Shown here: positions 1 to 13,689 of the stretch, one piece after another
How the letters are laid out: the number at the start of each line of letters is the position of its first letter
Numbering within the stretch: position 1 is the first letter of the stretch
Made by a program: the position numbers and the translations under genes
The notes under the pieces: model-generated
Databases searched by the model: none
The model's input: only the letters and a program-made list of their open reading frames with translations
Told to the model about the DNA's origin: nothing
Assembly: GCA_964016885.1 (NCBI GenBank)
Contig: OZ024761.1
Coordinates: 28,892,001-28,956,000 of the forward strand
DNA from: Eledone cirrhosa
Taxonomy: Eukaryota
Direction: 5' to 3'
Length of the DNA stretch: 64,000 bases

Positions 1-275
1 CGTGTGAATGGGTCTACCCTGAGCGTGGGCCTTTAGCATTGTAGGAGGAAAACTGGAAGAGGGCATTTGCCCTAGCGGTCAGGGTAACCGTGGCTTTTCT
101 TATGGGCTTTCTCAACGAGCAACCCTCGGAGGTCTTCCCCTATTGGGAATTTTTCATTGTTTCCTTTTGTCACACTCTGTTTTTGTTTTTTTTACATGCA
201 GAAATGTCCATTTGTATTGTCCTGTGTTGTCCTTAATGTTATACTTTGTGTCAACCCTTGTGGTTAATAAAGAAA
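1..275 (+). mobile_element. 3' end (last ORF2 codons and 3' UTR) of a Tx1/L1-like non-LTR retrotransposon
   Basis: Positions 1-36 read RVNGSTLSVGL*, matching the C-terminus RVNGPSLYISL* of the zf-RVT ORF at 37347-37874. The UTR ends CCCTTGTGGTTAATAAAGAAA, like CCCCTGTGGCTAATAAAGAAA at about 38090-38110, and is followed by an (ATT)n tract. Confidence 0.75.
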
Positions 276-424
276 GCATAATTATTATCATCAAAATTAT
301 TATTACCAGAATTATTATTATTTTCAAAACTATTATTATTATTGAAATTATTATTATTTTTAAAATTAATATCATTATCAAAATTATCATCATCATTATT
401 GAAAATATCATTATTATTAAAATC

Positions 425-670
425 GAAGGTGGAAAACTGGGAGAGGGCACTTGCCCTGGTGGTCAGGGACACCGTGGCTTTTTTAATGGGCTTTCTCCAC
501 GAGTGTCCCTTGGAAGTCTCCTCCCTATTGGGGAATTTTTCTTTGTTTCTTTTCTTTTTTTTTATCATTTCCTTTGTTTTTTCTTTACACACAGAAATGT
601 TCATTATTGTACCGTCCTGTGCTGTCCTTAATGTTATACTTTATGTAAACCCTTGTGGTTAATAAAGAAA
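425..670 (+). mobile_element. second, diverged copy of the same LINE 3' UTR
   Basis: Colinear with 45-275 (GGAAAACTGG..GAGGGCA.TTGCCCT..CCCTATTGGG..CCCTTGTGGTTAATAAAGAAA), embedded in (ATT)n. Confidence 0.75.
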
Positions 671-1059
671 ACATTGTTGTTTTCGAAATTATTATTATTA
701 TTGAAATTATTATTATTTTTAAAATTAATATCATTATCAAAATTATTATTATTATTGAAAATATTATTATTATTATTATCAACATTATTATTATTACTAT
801 TGTTATTTACTTTGTGTTTTATCCTTTATTTATGTTTTTTGTTGTTGTTTGTGTTGTACATTTGTTAAAATATATTTATGATTTGTTATTGGTTCCCTTT
901 TTAAAAATTTTACGTCTATACATCCAACTTTATTTCACCCCCACCCCCTCCATCAGTGTAGTTGGGTTTTGTTTTTGTTTTTTCGTTATTTTTATTCATA
1001 TCTTATTTTAATGTGTTAGGAACCAACATATAATTTTTTGGTTATATTATTTTGTGAAC

Positions 1060-1103
1060 ATTATATATATATGTGTGTGTGTGTGTATGTATATGTATGT
1101 ACA

Positions 1104-1155
<52 letters not shown>

Positions 1156-1187
1156 TATATATATAAACATATATATAGATTCACATG

Positions 1188-1240
<53 letters not shown>

Positions 1241-1339
1241 ATATATATTTATATATATGCATACATGTATATATATATACATATATATGTATGTATATAT
1301 ATATATATATATGTATGTATATATATATTTATATATATG

Positions 1340-1410
<71 letters not shown>

Positions 1411-1429
1411 TTATATATATGCATACATG

Positions 1430-1462
<33 letters not shown>

Positions 1463-1471
1463 GCATACATG

Positions 1472-1502
<31 letters not shown>

Positions 1503-1710
1503 GCATACATGTATATATATATATATGTATATATATATTTATATATATGCATACATGTATATATATATATATATTTATATATATTTTTATATACAGACCC
1601 ACAGAAGTACATATATCAAAGTGCCAATATATATACTTCCAAATATACATATATGAACATAGGTAAGTTAAAAAAGAAATATATATATATATATAAACAT
1701 AAAATATATG
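1060..1710. repeat. (TA)n compound microsatellite with recurring GCATACATG anchor
   Basis: Direct reading. Confidence 0.95.
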
Positions 1711-2029
1711 AAACAATAAAAATAAATATAATACAGAGAATTTTATTATCTGCAATGTTTTCAACATCAGAAATAATCACAGTAAGGGTTAAATGCTAGG
1801 ATGAAAGGGGGAAAATGACAATATAAAACAATACAATATTAGTACAAAACAATACAAAAAAGAACATACACATTAGGTGTAAACTAACTACGTTGTGCGG
1901 CAGTAAAAACAAGGGAGATAATTCTAAACAATCTTGATTTCTTACCTATCATCAGTGGGAGTTTTATATAAATTGTTGCAACATTACATTCTTGCACAAA
2001 AGGCATCTAACGCTCACTAATGACCATAG

Positions 2030-2290
2030 TTTTGCAACTAGGGAGTTTCTCTCTGAGGCACAAGCCTTGGTAAAGTATCTTTTTATCGGAAGACCAGCAG
2101 TCACCCATGTATACCAGTCTTCCCTTTCCACACGACCGATGTTGTCCAAGGAAAAGGCAATGGCCGATACTGCTTGGCATCAGTGATGTTGCAACTTATT
2201 TCTACAGCTGAGTGAACTGGAGTAATGTGAAATAAAGTGTTTTGCTCAAGGATACAATGCATCACCCAGTACTAGAATAGAACTCACAAT
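2030..2290 (-). mobile_element. CORE-type tRNA SINE (tail variant 2), head truncated
   Basis: Contains TTTCTACAGCTGAGT.AACTGGAG.AATGTGAAATAAAGTG..TTGCTCAAGG shared with the other CORE-SINE copies. The tail also occurs on + at about 52900-52980. Confidence 0.65.
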
Positions 2291-2567
2291 ATATAATTAA
2301 AATTTAGCTTGAACATAGCTGTATACATATATGTATGTGAATTTCGTATATCTGAATATATATGGTATGTTTGATAAATAAACATTTTGAAAGCCCAGCT
2401 ATGAGTAGTGAGAGGCTGATGACCAGCGCCATCTAACACATTCCTGCAGAAGCAGTGAGGGATAACTCTCTATGTGTAGCCCCCTCATGTATTTGGTGAC
2501 AGACGCATGTTTCATTGCTTGACAAGCTGTTGACGTATTGACCACTTTTCGATAGGTTTATCATTGT

Positions 2568-3455
2568 ACCTGTAGTGATGGAGACTTCTGGTGTCCTGCA
2601 CCACTGTAGCAACTCCCTACTTACTCTTATTTGGCTAGAGATGGTCGCTTGGAAGAGTCAGTCCCAAGAAGTAGACTCTCTTCTTGTCCAACCTATAGCA
2701 GTGGAGACTTCTGGTTTTCTGAGTCACTGTAGCACATCCCTACTTACTCTTATTTGGCTAGAGATGGTCGCTTGGAAGAGTCAGTCCCAAGAAGTAGACT
2801 CTCTTCTTGTCCAGCCTATAGCAGTGGAGACTTCTGGTTTTCTGAGTCACTGTAGCACATCCCTACTTACTGTTACTTGGGTAAAGTTGGACACCTGGAG
2901 GAGTTATCCAAAGAAGTGTGAACGCTCTTCTTGTCCAACCTATAGCAGTGGAGACTTTTGGTTTTCTGAGTCACTGTAGCACATCCCTATTTACTGTTAC
3001 TTGGCTAGAGATGGTCGCTTGGAAGAGTCAGTCCCAAGAAGTAGACTCTCTTCTTGTCCAGCCTATAGCAGTGGAGACTTCTGGTTTTCTGAGTCACTGT
3101 AGCACCTCCCTACTTACTGTTACTTGGCTAGAGATGGTCACTTGGAAGAGTCAGTCCCAAGAAGTAGACTCTCTTCTTGTCCAGCCTATAGCAGTGGAGA
3201 CTTCTGGTTTTCTGAGTCACTGTAGCACCTCCCTACTTACTGTTACTTGGCTAGAGATGGTCACTTGGAAGAGTCAGTCCCAAGAAGTAGACTCTCTTCT
3301 TGTCCAGCCTATAGCAGTGGAGACTTCTGGTTTTCTGAGTCACTGTAGCACCTCCCTACTTACTGTTACTTGGCTAGAGATGGTCACTTGGAAGAGTCAG
3401 TCCCAAGAAGTAGACTCTCTTCTTGTCCAACCTATAGCAGTGGAGTCTTCTAGTG
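2568..3455. repeat. 123-bp tandem repeat, about 7 copies
   Basis: CCTATAGCAGTGGAG recurs at about 2692, 2815, 2939, 3062, 3185, 3308 and 3431. Confidence 0.95.
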
Positions 3456-4008
3456 TCATGTCCTGAGTCGCTGTACCAGCATCCTACTGCCTGTTATCAA
3501 GTTAGAGTTGGCAACCAGCAGGTGGGGTGGCCCCAAAAACTGGACTGCGGTGGTGATGGTAGTGAGGGTAATGATTGTGGTGGTGATGATGATGATGGCG
3601 ATGATGATGATAGAGGCATGATGATGATGATGATGATGGTGATGAGGTGGTGGTGATGATGTTGATGATGGTGAAGCCATGGTGGTAGTGATTATATGGA
3701 TGATAATAATGGTGATAACGATAATACTAACAACATTAAATATAATTTAATAATAAGCATGAATTTTTCTAAGAATTATTTTATTTTAACACTGGCAACA
3801 AACAAACACAAACATAAAGAAACACAAAGCCAAACACAGGAACAAACACATACATAGAAACACATATAAACACATACATACACATAGAAACAAATACGTA
3901 CAAACACATATAAACACATATAAACACACACAAAGAAATGCAAACACACACAGCACAAGAACAAATAATATATACAATTTCAAATTACCATTAAATTGAA
4001 GAAATAAC

Positions 4009-4009
<1 letters not shown>

Positions 4010-4084
<75 letters not shown>

Positions 4085-4129
4085 AATATATATGTATATA
4101 TATTTATATATATATACATATACATATAG

Positions 4130-4175
<46 letters not shown>

Positions 4176-4591
4176 AAATATATATACACACATATATATA
4201 TATATACACACATATATATATATATATACACACATATATATATGCACATATATGTATGTATTTTTTTACAGGCAAGCCAACACACGCAGATGACATCACT
4301 TATATAATATAACAAAAGATGTTTAAAATGTTGAAACAAAATTTTCCAAAACAGCAACAATAACAAAAACAAAAACCCCCCTAAAACCCCCAGCAGGATA
4401 AAATATATATATATATATATATATAATAAAGACAAATAAATACATAAAGAGATAAATATACCAGTGTTCCCCCACTCCGCCACAGTCACACACACACACA
4501 GCTAACCCTCCACCCCACCCAACCTTCTCTATCTTCTAGGATAATGTTTTTAAAATGTTCAAATCTTGCCTAAACACCTCACCTACCTCGT

Positions 4592-4648
<57 letters not shown>

Positions 4649-4908
4649 GTATATATATATGTATATATATACATATATATATACATATGTATATACATAT
4701 GTATATATATATATATACATGTATATATATGTATATATATATATATATATATACATATGTATATACATATGTATATATATGTATATATATATGTAAATAT
4801 AAGTATACATATATATGTAAATATATATTATATATATATACATATATATATTATATATATATACATATATATATAATATATATACATATATATATTATAT
4901 ATATATAC

Positions 4909-4957
<49 letters not shown>

Positions 4958-5039
4958 TATATGTATATATATACATATATACATATGTATATATATATGT
5001 ATATATATACATATATATATACATATGTATATACATATG

Positions 5040-5070
<31 letters not shown>

Positions 5071-5350
5071 ATATATGTATATATATACATATATATATAT
5101 ACATATGTATATATATGTATATATATATGTACATATATGTATACATATATATGTAAATATATATATATTATATATATATATATACATATATATATATTTA
5201 AATATATATATATATATAAATATGTACATATATATATATTATATATACATATAGATATATTTAAATATATATATATATATGTATATATATATATTATATA
5301 TATATTTATATATATATATATTTAAAAATATATATATATATATATATATT

Positions 5351-5395
<45 letters not shown>

Positions 5396-5530
5396 ATATA
5401 TAAATATGTATATATATATATATATATATTTATACATATATGTAAATATGTATATGTATATATTATTATATCAAAAACCTTGCAAAACAAATTCATCGCC
5501 ATCACCATATGTATATATATATATGGTTTA
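4010..5530. repeat. long (TA)n/(TACA) microsatellite blocks
   Basis: Direct reading; interrupted by unique sequence at about 4260-4595. Confidence 0.95.
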
Positions 5531-5814
5531 TTCTATACATATTAGTGTCTTTATACAAATAAAAATGTATGTATAAATATGTTTCTATATATTTTATTAG
5601 TTAACATTTTTCTGTAGAATTTATATATATGTGCGTGTATGTATGTATACACAATGTGTTTATATACAATGTGGGTGTACTCATAAAGAAGATGAACCCT
5701 TCATGCAAGTGTTTGGGCCCTTAACTCCTAAAACTTTAAGGGGGCCAGGCCATATGCTGGCCTTGACTCCTGGGTGACCTTCTACTGATGACTTTGAACA
5801 ATTTTAATATCATC

Positions 5815-6870
5815 ATAATCATTATCATATGGCTGTTGTTTCCTTGCTGTCCAGGGTGGCTGTGTCTACTCTACCCTGTGTAATTTACCCCTGCCATCTA
5901 TCCAGTATCATCTACCCCTGTGTCATGTACCCAGAGTTATTTATCTCTGTGTCATCTACCCTGTATTATCTACCCAGTGTCATCTACCCAGAGTTATTTA
6001 TCTCTGTGTCATCTACCCTGTATTATCTACCCTGTGTCATCTACCCAGTGTCATCTACCCAGTGACATCTACCCAGTGTCATGTACCCAGTGTCATCTAC
6101 CCACTGTCATCTACCCAGTGTCATCTACCCAGTGTCATCTACCCAGTGTCATCTAGCCTGTGTTATCTACCCACTGTCATCTACCCAGTGTTATCTACCC
6201 CAGTGCCATCTACCCAGTGTTATCTACCCAGTGTTATCTACCCAGTGTCATCTACCCAGTGTCATCTACCCAGTGTCATCTACCCAGTGTCATCTACCCA
6301 GTGTCATCTACCCAGTGTTATCTACCCAGTGTCATCTACCCAGTGTCATCTACCCAGTGTTATCTACCCAGTGTCATCTACCCAGTGTCATCTACCCAGT
6401 GTTATCTACCCAGTGTCATCTACCCAGTGTCATCTACCCAGTATCATCTACCCTGTGTTATCTACCCAGTATCATCTACCCTGTGTTATCTACCCAGTGT
6501 CATCTACCCAGTGTTATCTACCCAGTATCATCTACCCTGTGTTATCTACACAGTATCATCTACCCAGTGTCATCTACCCCAGTGCCATCTACCCAGTGTC
6601 ATCTACCCAGTGTCATCTACCCAGTATCATCTACCCAGTGTCATCTACCCAGTGTCATCTACCCAGTGTTATCTACCCAGTGTCATCTACCCAGTATTAT
6701 CTACCCAGTGTCATCTACCCTGTGTCATCTCCTTCATGAGATCATCCTAAGATCAGCCTTTAACCCTTCTTCTCATCTTCAACTTGGTCTTCCCCTTCTG
6801 CATGATCTTTCCACAAGAATTGCTTGGCCTTTCTTTAGTCCAGTGTCATCCTCCATATACATATTTCATT
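5815..6870 (-). mobile_element. degenerate RTE-clade LINE 3' end, split by a minisatellite
   Basis: Minus strand 6862-6720 translates MYMEDDTGLKKGQAILVERSCRRGRPS*R*EEGLKADLRM/(fs)LMKEMTQGR, homologous to the RTE C-terminus at 41238-41441. A (TGA)n-like tail lies at about 5810-5830. Confidence 0.7.
5865..6730. repeat. 14-bp minisatellite (ATCTACCCAGTGTC)n, about 60 copies
   Basis: Direct reading; it produces the 14-aa periodic spurious ORFs in all three + frames. Confidence 0.95.
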
Positions 6871-8825
6871 GGAGGTCAACCAACCAGCAAAACATTTTAA
6901 CAGCTTGGCACTTCTTTAACTCAATACCAAGCTCCATAAATATCTCATCTGAGGTAGACCAACCAGAAAGATATTTTAACAGCTGGGTACTTTTTTAACT
7001 CAATGTCATCCTTCATATATATATTATTTAAGGCAGACCAGCTATAAAGATATTTTAATAACTTGGCACTTCTTTAACTCAATGTCATCTATATCTCATG
7101 AAAGGCAGATAAGCCCAGGGTATATTTTAACAGCTTGGCATTTCATTAGCTCAATACCAACCTCCATTATATCTCATCTGAGGCGGAACAACCAGGAAGA
7201 TATTTTAACAGCTTGTCACTTCTTTAGCCCAATACCATCTTCCATATAAATGCCATCTGAGATAGACCAACTATAAAGACATTTTAACAGCTTGTCACTT
7301 CTTTAGCTCAATACCATCTTCCATATAAGTGCCATCTGAGATAGACCAACTATAAAGACATTTTAACAGCTTGGTACTTCTTTAGCTCAATACCATCTTC
7401 CATATAAATGCCATCTGAGATGGACCAAGTATAAAGATATTTTAACAGCTTGTCACTTCTTTAGCTCAATACCATCTTCCATATAAATGCCATCTGAGAT
7501 AGACCAACTATAAAGACATTTTAACAGCTTGGTACTTCTTTAGCTCAATACCATCTTCCATATAAATGCCATCTGAGATAGATCAACTATAAAGACATTT
7601 TAACAGCTTGGTACTTCTTTAGCTCAATACCATCTTCCATATAAATGCCATCTGAGATAGACCAACTATAAAGACATTTTAACAGCTTGTCACTTCTTTA
7701 GCTCAATACCATCTTCCATATAAATGCCATCTGAGATAGACCAAGTATAAAGACATTTTAACAGCTTGTCACTTCTTTAGCTCAATACCATCTTCCATAT
7801 AAATGCCATCTGAGATAGACCAACTATAAAGACATTTTAACAGCTTGGTACTTCTTTAGCTCAATACCATCTTCCATATAAATGCCATCTGAGATAGACC
7901 AACTATAAAGACATTTTAACAGCTTGGTACTTCTTTAGCTCAATACCATCTTCCATATAAATGCCATCTGAGATAGACCAACTATAAAGACATTTTAACA
8001 GCTCGTCACTTCTTTAGCTCAATACCATCTTCCATATAAATGCCATCTGAGATAGACCAAGTATAAAGACATTTTAACAGCTTGTCACTTCTTTAGCCCA
8101 ATACCATCTTCCATATAAATGCCATCTGAGATAGACCAACTATAAAGACATTTTAACAGCTTGGTACTTCTTTAGCCCAATACCATCTTCCATATAAATG
8201 CCATCTGAGATAGACCAACTATAAAGACATTTTAACAGCTTGTCACTTCTTTAGCTCAATACCATCTTCCATATAAATGCCATCTGAGATAGACCAACTA
8301 TAAAGACATTTTAACAGCTTGGTACTTCTTTAGCTCAATACCATCTTCCATATAAATGCCATCTGAGATAGACCAACTATAAAGACATTTTAACAGCTTG
8401 TCACTTCTTTAGCTCAATACCATCTTCCATATAAATGCCATCTGAGATAGACCAAGTATAAAGACATTTTAACAGCTTGTCACTTCTTTAGCCCAATACC
8501 ATCTTCCATATAAATGCCATCTGAGATAGACCAACTATAAAGACATTTTAACAGCTTGGTACTTCTTTAGCTCAATACCATCTTCCATATAAATGCCATC
8601 TGAGATAGACCAACTATAAAGACATTTTAACAGCTTGTCACTTCTTTAGCTCAATACCATCTTCCATATAAATGCCATCTGAGATAGACCAAGTATAAAG
8701 ACATTTTAACAGCTTGTCACTTCTTTAGCCCAATACCATCTTCCATATAAATGCCATCTGAGATAGACCAACTATAAAGACATTTTAACAGTTTGGTACT
8801 TCTTTAGCCCAATACAAACCTTCAT
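6815..8825. repeat. 79-bp satellite, about 25 copies (diverged left edge, homogeneous from 7200)
   Basis: ATTTTAACAGC recurs at 7202, 7281, 7360 and onward; GTCA/GGTA and ACTA/AGTA variants alternate. Confidence 0.95.
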
Positions 8826-9057
8826 ATATATTTCATATGAGCCTATGAGTAGAAAATACTTGCCCAAGATTCCACACAGTGGGACTGAACTCCTTAAACT
8901 ACACAGCCATACCATGTGTGTGTGTGTGTTTGTGTGTAGGGAGGGGGAGTGTTTGGGTGTGTGTGTAATACATGAATGATTCAGATACTAACCTAATCAC
9001 TGTGTGACTGTATGAAAGTCACAACAAGAGTGGAGGCTTTGGTTTTATAGAAACCTA

Positions 9058-9104
<47 letters not shown>

Positions 9105-9134
9105 ATACATATATATATATATATATGTATGTAT

Positions 9135-9169
<35 letters not shown>

Positions 9170-9267
9170 TGTATGTATACATATATATATATAGCCGAAC
9201 GAAACACGATTCTCGCTAATTTATATTTATATATATATATATATGTATGTATATATATATGTGTGTG

Positions 9268-9298
<31 letters not shown>

Positions 9299-9415
9299 AT
9301 GTGTGTGAATGTGATGCGTGAGTGTGATGTGATGCATGAGTGTGTGTGCCTTTTTTTTTCATTGTCTTTTGTTGTTTTTCGGAAAAAATATTTCATTAGT
9401 AATTAATATGTAATG

Positions 9416-9471
<56 letters not shown>

Positions 9472-9617
9472 CACACATGTATAATGTATATACATACACA
9501 TATATCTCCACTATGCACACACTCATACACACACATATGCATGCATGCCAACATGTCTATGTTTACCTCTGTCCGCATGTGTGCGTGTATATATGTGCGT
9601 ATATATATATATGTGTT

Positions 9618-9649
<32 letters not shown>

Positions 9650-9929
9650 CACATAGGTATATATGTATATGTGAATATATATATATACATATATGTGTTT
9701 GTGTATATGTGTATATATATATATATACACATCGGTATATATGTATATGTGAGTGTATATATATATATATGTGTGTTTGTGTATATGTGTATATATATAT
9801 ATACACATCGGTATATATGTATATGTTAGTATATATATATATATATATGTGTTTGTGTATATGTGTATATATATATATACACATAGGTATATATGTATAT
9901 GTGAGTATATATATATACATATATGTGTT

Positions 9930-9961
<32 letters not shown>

Positions 9962-10240
9962 CACATCGGTATATATGTATATGTGAGTGTATATATATAT
10001 ATGTGTGTGTGTTTGTGTATATGTGTATATATATATATACACATCGGTATATATGTATATGTGAGTATGTATATATATATATATATATATGTGTTTGTGT
10101 ATATGTGTATATATATATACACATAGGTATATATGTATATGTGTGTATATATATATATATGTGTGTTTGTGTATATGTGTATATATATATACACATAGGT
10201 ATATATGTATATGTGTGTATATATATGTGTGTGTGTGAAT
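9058..10240. repeat. (TA)n/(TG)n compound microsatellite with a higher-order unit containing CACAT(A/C)GG
   Basis: Direct reading. Confidence 0.9.
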
Positions 10241-10793
10241 GTCTTTGGTGATAAGTAACTTTTTAATCAAATGTATATTTGAAAATCTCCTTTTACTAAC
10301 AACAACACATCATAGTCTCTCTCTCTCTCTCTCTTTCTCTCATCCAATCTCTCTCTCTCTCTCTCTCTCAGCCAATCTCTCCCTCTCTCTCTCTCTCTCT
10401 CATCCAATCTCTCTCTCTCTCTCACATCCAATCTCTCTCTCTCGCCCTCTCTCTCTCTCTTTCAATTTATCTCTTGCTTCCTCTCTCTCCCTTTCACACT
10501 CTCATTCAATAGATCTCTTCCTTTCTCTCTCACACATTCACTACCTCTCTCTCTCTCTCTCTCTCTCTAACCCCTTCTCTCTCTCCCCCTCTCTCTCACA
10601 CACATTCACTAGCTCTCTCTCTAAACCCTCTCTCTCTAACATTTACTAGCTCTCTCTCTCCTCTCTCACTCTCTCAAGATTAAATAGACTGAATAGGAAA
10701 ACATTTTTTTTTGTGTTTGTGTGTTGTTTATTGTTGTTGTTAAAACCTGTATTGTGAAAGGAAATTTCTATTTATGCTCTGTAATGTTTACAG

Positions 10794-10828
<35 letters not shown>

Positions 10829-10938
10829 CATCAACAACAACACATAATAACATCAACAACAACTGCGATAATAATGATAACAACAACACATAAGAAGAAT
10901 AACAACGATAATAATGATAATAATGGTAATAATAACAA

Positions 10939-10985
<47 letters not shown>

Positions 10986-11004
10986 CTTTCTTAATAATAA
11001 TAAT

Positions 11005-11193
11005 AATTGTTTCTACTTTTGGCACAAGGCCAGCAATTATCCCAGTGTATTACTGGTACTTTATTTTATCGACCCCCGTAAGGATGAAAGGCAAAGTTAA
11101 CCTCGGCCTTTCATCCTTACGGGGTCGATAAAATAAAGTACCAGTAATGTACTGGGTAATTGCTGGCTTTGTGCCAAAAATAGAAACAATTAT
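11005..11193. mobile_element. two SINE-A 3' halves joined head-to-head (palindrome)
   Basis: 11005-11097 (-) mirrors 11108-11193 (+): AATTGTTTCTAC..CGACCCCGTAAGGATGAAAGG / CTTTCATCCTTACGGGGTCG..TAGAAACAATT. Confidence 0.85.
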
Positions 11194-11198
11194 TCAAT

Positions 11199-11380
11199 GG
11201 CGGTGGATTGGCAGTATCGGTAGAGGGTCGGACGCCATGCTTTGACGCAGAGTTACGGCCCTTGCCATTCTGAGTTCAAATCCCGCCGAGGTTAACTTTG
11301 CCTTTCATCCTTACGGGGTCGATAAAATAAAGTACCAGTAATACACTGGGAATTTGCTGGCCTTTGTGCCTAAACTAGAA
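11199..11380 (+). mobile_element. tRNA-derived SINE family A, near full length
   Basis: Pol III A box TGGCAGTATCGG, B box GAGTTCAAATCC, body CTTTCATCCTTACGGGGTCGATAAAATAAAGTACCAG, (AAT)n tail; at least 10 copies or fragments in the window. Confidence 0.85.
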
Positions 11381-12029
11381 TAATAATAATAATAATAATT
11401 GTTTCTACTTTTGGCACAAGGCCAGCAATAATAATAATGATTTCATTTATTGGCCACAGGGGCCGACATATAGGGGGCAATACAAAAGACTGGGACAGTG
11501 GGGCTTTACAGAGAAATCGAGTAAACAATATGAATAACAATAACAAAGTAACAAGAAAATTACAAGAAAATATTCCCCAAATAATAGTAATAATAATAGA
11601 TGGGTATGGTGATGATGATGATGATAACAATAATGATGGTAGTAAGGATGTTGTTGATGATGATGATGATGATGATGACGATGATGTTGGTGGCGATGTT
11701 AGTGGTGGTGATGAAAGCTAAGTGTGATGATGGTGGTGGTGTTGATGGTGATGGTGGTGGAGGTGGTGGTGGTGGTGTTGTTGGTGATGGTGGTGGTGGT
11801 GGGGGTGTTGATGGTGGGGGCGTTGATGGTGGTGGTGGTGGTGATGGTGTTGATGGTGGAGGAGGTGGTGGTGGTGATGGTGGTGGTGGTGTTGTTGATG
11901 GTATGATGAAGGCTGATGCTAATGATGGTGATGACATCGTTGATGGTGGGGATGGTGGGGGTGATGATGATGATGATGATTTTCATCATCGTCTTCTGAT
12001 GAATATCTTTTCTATTATAGGTGGTTGTG

Positions 12030-13627
<1,598 letters not shown>

Positions 13628-13689
13628 ATAATGTAAAGAGGTAAAGATAGTACTATTACTGTATATACATTAAAGAGCAATGAGGTGGT

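Noticed and set aside
5713-5764. Two adjacent short hairpins as a pre-miRNA
   Set aside because: Stems are only 6-9 bp and imperfect, with no recognisable mature miRNA.
6062-6998. Cys/Pro/Ser-rich repetitive protein
   Set aside because: The 14-bp period gives the same peptide in all three frames; it is a minisatellite.
7200-8815. 79-bp array as CRISPR or tRNA/snRNA cluster
   Set aside because: Whole units are near-identical with no spacers or pol III boxes; it is explained as an RTE-derived satellite.
11199-11290. tRNA gene (A and B boxes)
   Set aside because: No acceptor stem or cloverleaf; it is the head of a multi-copy SINE. The same applies to the family B heads.
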